Positions 19,870 to 29,038 of a stretch of DNA of 64,000 bases are shown here, piece after piece; position 1 is the first letter of the stretch, and the number at the start of each line of letters is the position of its first letter. This DNA comes from an uncultured Candidatus Saccharibacteria bacterium (GTDB lineage: Bacteria; Patescibacteriota; Minisyncoccia; Phycocordibacterales; UBA9973), in NCBI GenBank assembly GCA_964527185.1, contig CAZGOI010000001.1:234410-298409 (forward strand), read 5' to 3'. The notes below the pieces were generated by a model. The model was given only the letters and a program-made list of their open reading frames with translations. It made no database searches and was not told where the DNA came from. The translations under genes and the position numbers were made by a program.

Positions 19870-21276
19870 ATGCAAGAAAACCCCAATTTAGATCCCATAG
19901 AAAGAGCTAAAGCTCTAATTAAAGAGAAAAAAGATCAAAATTTAATTAAAGAAGAACTAGACAAGCAAGAAGAGAAGCAGAAACTTTCTTTCTTGTTTAA
20001 TAAAATTTCGAATTTAAAAAAAGAACTAAGTGATTTAAAAAATACTAAAGAGGGTAAAGAAAAAGAAAAAGACGAAGCAAGTATTAGACACCAAAATCAA
20101 ACCTCCAGCATGAAACAGGCTTTGGAGATGCTTCGACAAAATCCCGAAACTTCCCATTTATTAACTGAAGACAAAACCAAGGAAGATCTGGGACACAACG
20201 AAAGAAGAGAATTAGCTAAAGAAGTATTTGGAGAAATCCAAGAAGAAAGGCGAAATACTAAAAAAAATAAAAGAGATGCTACGAGCTCCATAGGAGATAT
20301 TTCTTCAAAAGAAAAAGAAATTAAACTTGAACTAGAAAAAATACTAAATTCTCCGGAATGCGAAAAACTTATTGAGTCTAAAGAAGAAGAGTTTAGAAAA
20401 GCAGACATGGAAAACGAAAAGTTTTTGAACGATAAAGATAAAAGTAAAAATTATAATGAATATCGCGAAATTGAAAAAGTCAATAAATTTGTAAAAGCAA
20501 ATTACAATGAAATTATGCTTCTAGAAAACAAACTAAAGCAAAACTTGAGTAAATTGCTCGAAGTTATTGGAAATGTAATAATAAATGCAGAAGCCAGTAA
20601 TGAGTACCAAGAAATATCAAAAGGAAAGAGTGATGATTATAGAGTAAATATGCGAAAACTGAAAGAATTTTTCCCCACGATAGATTATCTACAAATAAGT
20701 GCCAGTGGCTATGATTCTGACAGAATTAATTTACCTAATTTTTATTACCAAAAGGGAATATTTGCTGAAATAGTCAAAGACATAAATAAGACTCATAAAC
20801 TAATTTCTAATTTAAATGAAAAAATATATAAGTCCAAGGGACTTTTTTCAGGAGTTGGAACTCTTAAAAAAGAAAGAGAGGCTCTTGAAAAAAAGGAAAA
20901 ATTTTTAGATAAGCTCTACAAAATCATAGATCAATGTCTTTCAGATTTTGAGCGGTTTTCTCGAAATGAAAAAATAGATAAATTAAATTTATCTTCAAGG
21001 AAAAATAAGAATCAAACTTTAGCCCAGGCCTTTTTGTCTTATATAGGAAACATTGGAGACAATATCTATGGTTTGAGAGAAAAAAATTATTTTCCAGATT
21101 ATAAAAAGGAAATGACTATCGATCAATTTTTTGAGTGGGCTAAGGAAGAAAATAAAATTCCAGAAGAAAGTAGGAGAGCATTTGAAGAAAAAAACGATCT
21201 GGATATAAAAATGCAAAAGGCAAAAGAGGAGTATGAACTAGTTTCAGGTAAATCAGCCGACCGTCTAAGGTATTAG
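19870..21276 (+). CDS. hypothetical Lys/Glu-rich coiled-coil protein
   Basis: 468-aa ORF, very AT-rich and charged; no recognisable motif. Confidence 0.7.
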   Translation: MQENPNLDPIERAKALIKEKKDQNLIKEELDKQEEKQKLSFLFNKISNLKKELSDLKNTKEGKEKEKDEASIRHQNQTSSMKQALEMLRQNPETSHLLTEDKTKEDLGHNERRELAKEVFGEIQEERRNTKKNKRDATSSIGDISSKEKEIKLELEKILNSPECEKLIESKEEEFRKADMENEKFLNDKDKSKNYNEYREIEKVNKFVKANYNEIMLLENKLKQNLSKLLEVIGNVIINAEASNEYQEISKGKSDDYRVNMRKLKEFFPTIDYLQISASGYDSDRINLPNFYYQKGIFAEIVKDINKTHKLISNLNEKIYKSKGLFSGVGTLKKEREALEKKEKFLDKLYKIIDQCLSDFERFSRNEKIDKLNLSSRKNKNQTLAQAFLSYIGNIGDNIYGLREKNYFPDYKKEMTIDQFFEWAKEENKIPEESRRAFEEKNDLDIKMQKAKEEYELVSGKSADRLRY

Positions 21277-21326
21277 AGTTTATTGTATTTATTGAGGCAG
21301 ATAAACATTTGTGATAAGATGTGTAG

Positions 21327-22004
21327 GTGATTTATTTTAACAACGTTACAAAAAAATACAAAGACAATATTTCTCTGCAGGATGTAACGCTCTCGATCAG
21401 CCCAGGGGAATTTGTTTCTATCGTTGGCCACTCGGGCGCCGGCAAGACGACGTTGACCAAACTCATCTTGGCTGAAGAAGCGCCAACCGAAGGTACCATA
21501 TTTTTCGAATCGACAGACATCCACAAGCTCTCAAACAAAGAATTGACAAACTTCCGCCGCAAAGTCGGGGTCGTTTTTCAAGATTTCCGCCTACTTTCAA
21601 ACAAAACAGCTTATGAAAATATCGCTTTTGCCATGGAAGCGACTGGTAAAAACGACACAGATATAACCCAAGATGTGCCGCACGTGCTCGAGCTCGTCGA
21701 TCTTACCAGCCGCTCCTCGCATTTCCCGCACCAGCTCTCTGGTGGTGAAAAACAGCGCCTAGCTATCGCCCGGGCTATCATCACCCAGCCAGAGCTCATC
21801 ATTGCTGACGAGCCGACTGGCAATCTCGACCCAATAAATACCAACGAAGTCATAAATATATTGAAAAAAATCAACGATTTGGGCACGACGGTCATTTTAA
21901 CTACCCACAATAGGAATGTCGTCGACCAAGTCAAAAAGCGGGTCATAACACTCGAGGCTGGCAAGGTAGTACGCGATGATAAGGACGGTAAGTATATGAT
22001 ATAA
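21327..22004 (+). CDS. ftsE: cell division ATP-binding protein
   Basis: [35 protein letters not shown]; upstream of ftsX. Confidence 0.93.
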   Translation: MIYFNNVTKKYKDNISLQDVTLSISPGEFVSIVGHSGAGKTTLTKLILAEEAPTEGTIFFESTDIHKLSNKELTNFRRKVGVVFQDFRLLSNKTAYENIAFAMEATGKNDTDITQDVPHVLELVDLTSRSSHFPHQLSGGEKQRLAIARAIITQPELIIADEPTGNLDPINTNEVINILKKINDLGTTVILTTHNRNVVDQVKKRVITLEAGKVVRDDKDGKYMI

Positions 22005-22011
22005 TACCCCT

Positions 22012-22935
22012 ATGTTTTTAACCCACGCCAAAAGGATCATACGTTCCGGTTACAGCAACTTTGTGCGTAGCGGTTTCACATCTCTGGCTTCGATACTCAT
22101 GATGGTGATAACACTTTTTGTTATCACTAGTTTAATTTTTGTCCAGACATCTCTAAATTCATCACTCGAAGATATAAAAAACAAAGTCGACGTGACCGTT
22201 TATTTTATTCCTGGGGCTGACCCGGCGGCCATACAGAGCATCAAATCATCTCTCGAACAATTACCAGAAGTTAAAAATGTAACATTTACTTCCCAAGAAG
22301 ACGCGCTGGCGGCCTTTAAAGAAAAACACGCCAACGATTACCTCACCCTCCAGGCGCTCGACGAATTAAATTCCAACCCACTCGGCGCGACGCTCGATAT
22401 CAAAGCCAAAGATCCTTCGCAATATGAAAGCATCGCAAAATATTTCGAGTCAGACAACGCTCTCGCCAAAGGCACTCTAAATATCGTCGACAAAGTCGAC
22501 TACCACCAGAACAAAGTCGTCATCGATAGACTCTCATCGATAATTTCTGGAGCCCAAAGACTCGGCTTTGCAGTTTCGCTTGTGCTCATCTTGATTTCGA
22601 TCATCATAACGTTCAGCACAATCAGGCTCATCATCTATATGTCCCGCGAAGAAATCGGCGTTATGAAATTGGTTGGGGCTGGTTCAAAATATATCCAAGG
22701 GCCATTTATAGTTTCAGGGATGTTTGTCGGCGTGACTGCAAGCATCGTGACGATAATTTTATTTATCCCAATTTCTATCTGGCTCGGTAACCAAGTTACC
22801 GATTTTATCGGTGTAAATTTATTTACATATTTCAAAGAAAACTTTTTCCAATTATTCGCAATAATGCTAGGTACTGGAATATTGCTCGGCAGTATTTCGA
22901 GTTTCTTTGCTATCGCTAGATATCTAAAAAAATAA
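22012..22935 (+). CDS. ftsX: cell division permease
   Basis: 1+3 TM layout, NPL, REEIGVMKLVGA...IQGPF. Confidence 0.92.
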   Translation: MFLTHAKRIIRSGYSNFVRSGFTSLASILMMVITLFVITSLIFVQTSLNSSLEDIKNKVDVTVYFIPGADPAAIQSIKSSLEQLPEVKNVTFTSQEDALAAFKEKHANDYLTLQALDELNSNPLGATLDIKAKDPSQYESIAKYFESDNALAKGTLNIVDKVDYHQNKVVIDRLSSIISGAQRLGFAVSLVLILISIIITFSTIRLIIYMSREEIGVMKLVGAGSKYIQGPFIVSGMFVGVTASIVTIILFIPISIWLGNQVTDFIGVNLFTYFKENFFQLFAIMLGTGILLGSISSFFAIARYLKK

Positions 22936-22938
22936 AAT

Positions 22939-24618
22939 ATGAAGAAGGGTATTCGCGCCGACAAGAATAAGAAAGAAAACTGTAAATATGTTTTCATCAT
23001 CGGTGGGGTCATGTCTGGTGTCGGCAAGGGTATAGCCACAGCTTCGATTGGTAAAATCCTGTCGGCTAGAGGGCTTCGGGTAAACTTGATGAAGATTGAT
23101 CCATATCTCAATGTTGATGCTGGTACGATGAACCCGACCGAGCACGGCGAGGTCTTTGTTCTTGATTCAGGACTTGAAACTGATCAAGATATGGGTAACT
23201 ACGAGAGATTTTTAAATCGCGATTTGGGCGAAGGGGATTATATGACGAGCGGTATGGTCTATCGTTCGGTTATCGAGCGTGAGCGTAATTTGGGTTACGG
23301 TGGTAAATTTGTCGAAGCTGTTCCACACGTCCGTGATGAAATTGTCGAACGTATTATCAAAGCCTCAGATGATTCAGGCTCTGATATTTCTGTCATAGAG
23401 ATTGGTGGGACGATTGGTGATTTTCAAAACGCACTTTATATCGAAGCCGCTCGTGTCCTAAAATTAAGAAATCCCGGTGGGGTTGTCTTTGTTCTAGTTT
23501 CCTATCTTCCAGTGCCATCAACGATTGGTGAAATGAAAACTCGCCCAACCCAACACGCCATCCGTGAACTCAATTCGTACGGTGTCCAGGCTGATATTGT
23601 CATTGCCCGTTCGACTCATCCACTCGATAAAAAGCGCAAAGAAAAACTGGCTATCTGGTGCAATATAGAACCAGACAATATAGTCTCAGCTCCTGATGTT
23701 GGTTCAATCTATGATGTACCGCTAAATTTCGAACGCGATCGACTTTCAGAAGTAATCCTGAAACATTTTGATATTACAAACAAAAGTAAATCTGATCTAT
23801 CAGAGTGGAAACAGTTTGCCGAACATGCCCACAATGGTAAAACCTCAGTCAAAATTGGAATCGTTGGAAAATATTTTGATACTGGAGATTTTGTTCTATC
23901 AGATGCATATCTTTCTGTGATCGAGGCGATAAAATTCTCTGCCTATCACGAAGGAGTCAAGCCTGAAATTTCTTGGCTCAATTCCAAAGATTATGAAAGT
24001 AATTCCAAAAACCTAAGCGGACTCTCTAAGTATGATGGTATTATCGTACCCGGAGGTTTTGGCCAAACTGGTATTGAAGGTAAAATAAAAGTTATAAATT
24101 ATTGTCGTACTCACAAGATTCCATATTTTGGTCTGTGTTATGGTATGCAACTCATGGTCGTCGAATATGCTCGTAATGTCCTCGGCTGGAAAGACGCCCA
24201 CACACTCGAAATCAATCCAAATTCAAAACACCTAGTGATTGATGTCATGGAAGATCAAAAAGAAAAAATTGCTCAGAAGAAACTTGGTGGTACAATGCGC
24301 CTAGGTGCTTATCCGGCAAAATTAAAGAAAGGAAGTACCGCCGCGCAAGCGTACAAGACGCTTTTGATATCTGAGCGTCATCGTCATCGTTATGAAGTTT
24401 CAAATACTTATCGCAATCAAATAGAAAAAGCTGGGCTAGAGTTTTCTGGTGTTTCACCCGATGGTCATTTGGCTGAGATTGCTGAATTACCTAAAGTCAA
24501 ACACCCGTTTTTTCTTGGTACCCAATTTCATCCCGAACTCAAAGCCCGCCCACTTGACCCCCATCCACTTTTCTCGGCATTCATCAAAGCTTGTATTGAT
24601 AAGAAAAATAAAAAATAA
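22939..24618 (+). CDS. pyrG: CTP synthase
   Basis: GGVMSGVGKG, KIDPYLNVDAGTMNP, GLCYGMQ, RHRHRYE, QFHPE. Confidence 0.98.
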   Translation: MKKGIRADKNKKENCKYVFIIGGVMSGVGKGIATASIGKILSARGLRVNLMKIDPYLNVDAGTMNPTEHGEVFVLDSGLETDQDMGNYERFLNRDLGEGDYMTSGMVYRSVIERERNLGYGGKFVEAVPHVRDEIVERIIKASDDSGSDISVIEIGGTIGDFQNALYIEAARVLKLRNPGGVVFVLVSYLPVPSTIGEMKTRPTQHAIRELNSYGVQADIVIARSTHPLDKKRKEKLAIWCNIEPDNIVSAPDVGSIYDVPLNFERDRLSEVILKHFDITNKSKSDLSEWKQFAEHAHNGKTSVKIGIVGKYFDTGDFVLSDAYLSVIEAIKFSAYHEGVKPEISWLNSKDYESNSKNLSGLSKYDGIIVPGGFGQTGIEGKIKVINYCRTHKIPYFGLCYGMQLMVVEYARNVLGWKDAHTLEINPNSKHLVIDVMEDQKEKIAQKKLGGTMRLGAYPAKLKKGSTAAQAYKTLLISERHRHRYEVSNTYRNQIEKAGLEFSGVSPDGHLAEIAELPKVKHPFFLGTQFHPELKARPLDPHPLFSAFIKACIDKKNKK

Positions 24619-24644
24619 AACCCCCTAGGTTTAGGGGTTTTATT
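24614..24644. terminator. bidirectional terminator between convergent pyrG and LOG genes
   Basis: AATAAAACCCC...GGGGTTTTATT inverted repeat. Confidence 0.7.
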
Positions 24645-25374
24645 TTAAGGCATCGCGACCGTCGCGCAGGCGACTCTCTGATATGATTCGCAAGATTTCA
24701 TCTTGGTCGTCGGTGATAGTGTAAATATTTGTATCTTCTTCGTTGATCGTTCCGTATTTTTCTGCCAAAACTTCTTTGATCAAACTCTGTAGCGGGTTCC
24801 AAAATTCAGAACCGTATAGGATGATTGGAATTTTCCCAATTTTGCCGGTCTGCTCGAGTGTCAATATTTCAAAAAGTTCATTGAATGTTCCAAACCCGCC
24901 GGCGCAAAATATGCAAACCTCGGTCGTGTATGACAGAATTACTTGTCGGGCAAAGAAAAAATAAAATGGAATCTCATCTGTCACATACGGGTTCGTTTTC
25001 TGCTCGTGCGGTAGCCTGATGGTCAGCCCGACGGCCCGCCCGCCGGCATCGTGCGCGCCGCGGCTGGCCGCCTCCATTATTCCACCGCCACCACCCGAGA
25101 TGACAATATAGCCCAGCTCTTTAGAAATTCGATAGGCCAAGTCTCGAGCTTTTTGGTACACTGGATTTGTCTCTTCAATTCTTGCCGAACCGTAAAATGT
25201 GACTGAGGGAGTGAACTCGCTGATCATATCTATACCATTGCGAAACTCTTCTTGGATCATGCAGAGCTTTGTCTCTTCATTGTTGTCGCCGTAGAGGGTG
25301 ACACAGCCGGTCTTGATATCGTCTAACGATAATTTTTTAGGTCGATAGACGACTTTCTTTTCTTCTTTATCCAT
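24640..25374 (-). CDS. LOG family (TIGR00730-like) nucleotide phosphoribohydrolase
   Basis: FYGSAR, SGGGGGIMEAA, LPHEQKTNPY, AGGFGTFNELFE. Confidence 0.9.
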   Translation of the reverse strand: MDKEEKKVVYRPKKLSLDDIKTGCVTLYGDNNEETKLCMIQEEFRNGIDMISEFTPSVTFYGSARIEETNPVYQKARDLAYRISKELGYIVISGGGGGIMEAASRGAHDAGGRAVGLTIRLPHEQKTNPYVTDEIPFYFFFARQVILSYTTEVCIFCAGGFGTFNELFEILTLEQTGKIGKIPIILYGSEFWNPLQSLIKEVLAEKYGTINEEDTNIYTITDDQDEILRIISESRLRDGRDALK

Positions 25375-25454
25375 CTAGTGATTTTACTCTAATTAGTACG
25401 TCATTTCAATTGTTTTTCTTGAAATTCGTGGTAATATATCGAGGTCAAAAACAT

Positions 25455-25525
25455 TGCCGACTCGTCTAATGGTAGGACACATCCCTCTGGAGGATGGTAT
25501 TGGGGTTCGAATCCCTGGTCGGCAG
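25455..25525 (+). tRNA. tRNA-Gln(CTG)
   Basis: TGCCGAC...CATCC-CT-CTG-GA-GGATG...TGGGG-TTCGAAT-CCCTG-GTCGGCA-G. Confidence 0.94.
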
Positions 25526-25633
25526 CTCTTCGTCGCTCTGCTCCTCAGAGCCTTCGGCCCATATTGTTTTTATTTGCGACGAAGATACCAAGCGAGTCCT
25601 GACAAAGTAAGGACGACGAGGTAGAATTAATTT

Positions 25634-25882
25634 ATGCATTTTGTTTATATCCTCGAATGCGCCGATAAATCTTTTTATGTGGGTTGTACAAATGATCTAG
25701 AACGTAGATTAAAACAACACAATAATTCAAAATGGGGAGCCCACTATACTAAAACTCGTAGACCTGTAATTTTAAAATATTCCGAGAGTTTTTCGACATT
25801 AAAAGAAGCTAGACATCGAGAAAGCGAGATCAAGGGATGGAGAAGAGAAAAGAAGTTAGGATTGATTGAAAAATACTTGTGA
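25634..25882 (+). CDS. small GIY-YIG endonuclease (UPF0213-like)
   Basis: FVYIL...FYVGCT.DLERRLKQHN...GAHYTKTRRP...ARHRESEIKGW. Confidence 0.92.
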   Translation: MHFVYILECADKSFYVGCTNDLERRLKQHNNSKWGAHYTKTRRPVILKYSESFSTLKEARHRESEIKGWRREKKLGLIEKYL

Positions 25883-25883
25883 C

Positions 25884-25905
25884 CGAATCCCTGGTCGGTA
25901 GCTCT
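25884..25905 (+). repeat. second copy of the tRNA-Gln 3' end (att-like)
   Basis: Matches 25508-25529 with one C>T; begins 1 nt after the GIY-YIG stop codon. Confidence 0.9.
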
Positions 25906-25972
25906 CTCATGATAAATTATCCCGCCCGAGACGCGTCGTTTACAGGGTGGGTGGAGGTGATACAATGAGAAT

Positions 25973-26236
25973 ATGACCGATCTAGATACCCGACACATGA
26001 CACTCGATCAACTCGTCGAATTGGCGGGCGAGACTGTCATCGGAACGCCAAGCGGTCTGAGATCCCAGAAAGCGCAAGCAGAAATCAATCGTCAGCTCAT
26101 TGAAGCCCTGAATGCGTCAAAAGACTCGACTGAAAGATACAGCAAGAAACTTGAATGTCTAACCTGGGTATTGGTCGGGCTTACAGTAATACTTATTGTC
26201 ATTGGAGTATTGCCTTTCATTATTAAGGGCGTATAA
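25973..26236 (+). CDS. small hypothetical protein with C-terminal TM helix
   Basis: 87 aa; TGATACAAT 6 nt before the ATG; hydrophobic C-terminus. Confidence 0.65.
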   Translation: MTDLDTRHMTLDQLVELAGETVIGTPSGLRSQKAQAEINRQLIEALNASKDSTERYSKKLECLTWVLVGLTVILIVIGVLPFIIKGV

Positions 26237-26247
26237 TTTTAATAACC

Positions 26248-26442
26248 ATGCTCTACACGCTACTTTTGGTAATAACATTTCTTCTGCTCGGAACAATCAG
26301 TCTTATTACTCAAGAATCGTTGGATAGACGACATCCGGGAACCAATAATTCTGCAATAAAACTTTTCTTTATCTATTTGGTAGTTGCATTGATAGCGGGA
26401 GGAATTTTCTACTTCACGCTCGGTTACTTCGGGATTGCTTAA
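26248..26442 (+). CDS. small two-TM hypothetical protein
   Basis: 64 aa with two hydrophobic segments. Confidence 0.55.
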   Translation: MLYTLLLVITFLLLGTISLITQESLDRRHPGTNNSAIKLFFIYLVVALIAGGIFYFTLGYFGIA

Positions 26443-26587
26443 AATTCAAGCGCCCGAGATGTGTCGTTTTGTAAGTTTAAAATGTAACTAATCCGCTTTG
26501 CAGGATTTAACGACCACAGTTACCCAGTACGAAACGGCCAGCCCTCTCTTAATTTTATTAAGGATGAAGAAATGATAAAATGAACTT

Positions 26588-27094
26588 ATGAATACAGAGG
26601 AATACCTAGACTTGGTAGATGAAAATGATAATGTAATCGGAAAAGAAAAAAGATCCGAAATACATAAAAACAAACTCCCTAATTTCAGAGTAATAAACGC
26701 TTTTATTATAAATGATGAGGGAGAATTATGGATACCAAGAAGAACAGCTGATAAAGTAAATGATCCACTGGCCTTAGACATGAGCGTTGGCGGGCATGTA
26801 GAATCTGGTTCAACATATGAAGAGACTTTCATTAAAGAAACTCAAGAAGAATTAAATATTGATGTTACAAAGATTCCATATAAGGAGATAGGATATTTCA
26901 AGGCTGGAGAATATGGCTTAAAATGTTTTCAAAAAGTTTACGAAATTAGACAAAATACTGTACCCAATTTTAATCAAGACGATTTCGTTGAATATTTTTG
27001 GATAAAACCCAAAGATCTTATCAGTTGGATAGAGAAAGGAGAACCTGCAAAATATGATTTGCCTAGATTAGTTAAAAAACTTTATCTTGATTAA
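26588..27094 (+). CDS. NUDIX hydrolase (IPP isomerase-like/YfcD-like)
   Basis: LDLVDENDNVIG, SVGGHVESGSTYEETFIKETQEELNI. Confidence 0.88.
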   Translation: MNTEEYLDLVDENDNVIGKEKRSEIHKNKLPNFRVINAFIINDEGELWIPRRTADKVNDPLALDMSVGGHVESGSTYEETFIKETQEELNIDVTKIPYKEIGYFKAGEYGLKCFQKVYEIRQNTVPNFNQDDFVEYFWIKPKDLISWIEKGEPAKYDLPRLVKKLYLD

Positions 27095-27117
27095 AGTTTA
27101 ATTTGTATAATTGTAAT

Positions 27118-27798
27118 ATGAACGAAAAACTTAGAATTATAGATTTGACTCACAAGCTTTCATCGGAAATCCCGTCTTGGGACGGAAGCCCAAATTTTGA
27201 ATTGGCTATAGATACTGATTACAAAGATTGCACTCCGCCAGATTTGTTTCGTACTCATAAAATAAAATGCGGTGCTGGTACCGGTACACATATAGATGCC
27301 CCAGCGCATGTTGTGTCGGGCGGTCGAACGATAGATCAATTAACAATTTCAGAATTGGTAACAGATTGCGCCGTCATAGATGTTAGCTCTAAGGCGGGTG
27401 CCGACTATGTCATTTTTCCAGAAGTTATTGAAGAATTTGAAAAACAGCATGGGCAAATAAAACAAAATAGTTTTGTGATTTTCTATACTGGTTGGGATAG
27501 GTATTGGAATGATAAAGAAAAATACAGCAACAACCATAAATTTCCAAGCGTAGATATGTCTACAGCAAAGCTTCTTATCAAAAGGGGTATTAGTGGTTTA
27601 GGCATAGATACACTGTCTGCAGATACAGGCGCCAAAGGGTTTCCGGTGCATCGTGCTATTTTAGGGGGAGATAAATATTTAGTAGAAAATATCGCAAATG
27701 CAAAAGACCTCCCGCCAACCGGAGCAAAGATTTTTGTTTTGCCGATTAAAGTAAAAGATGCGACCGAAGCGCCTATTAGATTAATAGCGACGATTTAA
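27118..27798 (+). CDS. cyclase family protein (kynurenine formamidase-like)
   Basis: IIDLTH, GTGTHIDAPAH, GIDTLSAD, VH, VEN, APIR; ATG 27118 lies 6 nt after TATAAT. Confidence 0.88.
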   Translation: MNEKLRIIDLTHKLSSEIPSWDGSPNFELAIDTDYKDCTPPDLFRTHKIKCGAGTGTHIDAPAHVVSGGRTIDQLTISELVTDCAVIDVSSKAGADYVIFPEVIEEFEKQHGQIKQNSFVIFYTGWDRYWNDKEKYSNNHKFPSVDMSTAKLLIKRGISGLGIDTLSADTGAKGFPVHRAILGGDKYLVENIANAKDLPPTGAKIFVLPIKVKDATEAPIRLIATI

Positions 27799-27813
27799 AT
27801 TAAAATTTATATT

Positions 27814-27843
27814 AAAAAAGCTGTCTCTATGGACAGCTTTTTT
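27814..27843. terminator. bidirectional terminator
   Basis: AAAAAAGCTGTC...GACAGCTTTTTT between convergent genes. Confidence 0.85.
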
Positions 27844-27855
27844 GTTTTTAAAAAC

Positions 27856-28893
27856 CTACTTAAAATATGGAAAAAATTTTGGCCTCCATTCTTCATAAGT
27901 ATTCATGTACACTTCTTGAGGAACTACTCCTTCTTTATTTTTCTGAGTTAATTGATAAATAATACTATTGGCTCTTATTGTATTTTTTATCATCCGAGGG
28001 AAAGAAGGTTTTATCCGCTTCATTTCTTTTGCAAGAGTGCTACGAAAGTCTGTATGCGACATCCATAGAATTGGATTATTGATGGCCAAACTACTGTGCA
28101 TCAACATAACTCCTTTCGGAGCTATAGCAAAATCAGGGGCTACTCTTGCCATCATATAATGCTCCATCGCCTCATCATAATAGCTATCAGGATCATCTTT
28201 TGTTTTTTTCATTTGTATGACTCTGTTGCTTATCTCCAGCTTTTGAGTACCAGTTTTCCCGATATATTCGTTGTAGTAAAGACTATCATTGTAAAATGGT
28301 GCCCTTCTTTTCCACTTGAGCAACGATGTATATTCGTGCATTATTTTTTTCAGATGTATTTTATCTGCATTAAACAAAGCAGGAGAAAACATCTTAAACA
28401 ACGCAGGGTCTACCAGATTCGATCTGATCGTGACCTGAATAGACTTGTAAGGCTTTATAAAGTACCAACTACTTATCTCCTTAATAATATCGTTTATTAT
28501 TTCAGTGTCTTTGACTGATATAACTGGCAGTAAAGGAACAATCGAGAATCCGACAATTTTTGGATCAATTTTTTTATTTTCCAGAACGTTCCTCACACCA
28601 TCTGAAAAATTTTTCTGATTTCCAATTTGTCTTATCTCCTTACCGGTTTCAAAGCGACTCATATGAATGAGCTCTGGGTGATCCAATGCTGGTAACAGGT
28701 GTAATGCAGAAGTAGTATGTAAATTATATCTGACATTACGGACAAAGAAGGCATTTTCTATAGCAGAGAAGGATTCTTGTACTTCTTTATCTATCTCTGT
28801 CGCAGAAGTTAAATTTCTATTTTTTCGTGCAAGTGGGCAGTGAATACAGCCTTGTTCGCATGTTTTTTCAACAGGAAATAACTCAATATGCAT
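27856..28893 (-). CDS. hypothetical protein with an N-terminal CxxxCxxC (radical SAM-like) motif
   Basis: KTCEQGCIHCP at residues 10-20; remainder not recognised. Confidence 0.6.
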   Translation of the reverse strand: MHIELFPVEKTCEQGCIHCPLARKNRNLTSATEIDKEVQESFSAIENAFFVRNVRYNLHTTSALHLLPALDHPELIHMSRFETGKEIRQIGNQKNFSDGVRNVLENKKIDPKIVGFSIVPLLPVISVKDTEIINDIIKEISSWYFIKPYKSIQVTIRSNLVDPALFKMFSPALFNADKIHLKKIMHEYTSLLKWKRRAPFYNDSLYYNEYIGKTGTQKLEISNRVIQMKKTKDDPDSYYDEAMEHYMMARVAPDFAIAPKGVMLMHSSLAINNPILWMSHTDFRSTLAKEMKRIKPSFPRMIKNTIRANSIIYQLTQKNKEGVVPQEVYMNTYEEWRPKFFPYFK

Positions 28894-28995
28894 GATTTTT
28901 ATTTTTTAAATGAACGCAAAATTGCTTTTTTCATAATACTAAAAAATATATTTTTGTCAAGTCTTCTGGAATAAGACAATATTAGAACCTAAAAC

Positions 28996-29024
28996 AATAC
29001 CCCCGCATTTTTGTCGGGGGTATT
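28996..29024 (-). terminator. terminator of the efflux operon
   Basis: AATACCCCCG...CGGGGGTATT inverted repeat downstream of the MFS gene. Confidence 0.75.
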
Positions 29025-29038
29025 TTAATAATTAATAT

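Larger units (their letters stand above)
25508..25905 (+). mobile_element. putative tRNA-targeted mini-element (structured leader plus GIY-YIG gene) bounded by tRNA 3'-end direct repeats
   Basis: CGAATCCCTGGTCGG(C/T)AGCTCT at 25508-25529 and 25884-25905 (21/22 identical). Confidence 0.65.
25923..26469 (+). repeat. 19-bp direct repeat pair bracketing two small membrane genes
   Basis: CGCCCGAGACGCGTCGTTT (25923-25941) and CGCCCGAGATGTGTCGTTT (26451-26469), 17/19 identical. Confidence 0.75.

Noticed and set aside
25508-26469. Repeats near tRNA-Gln considered as a CRISPR array or integron attC sites
   Set aside because: Only pairs of repeats with gene-sized spacing; no cas genes, no integron integrase, and no RYYYAAC/GTTRRRY ends.
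26484-26550. Structured spacer containing GAAAC, considered as a hammerhead ribozyme
   Set aside because: No CUGANGA core is present.
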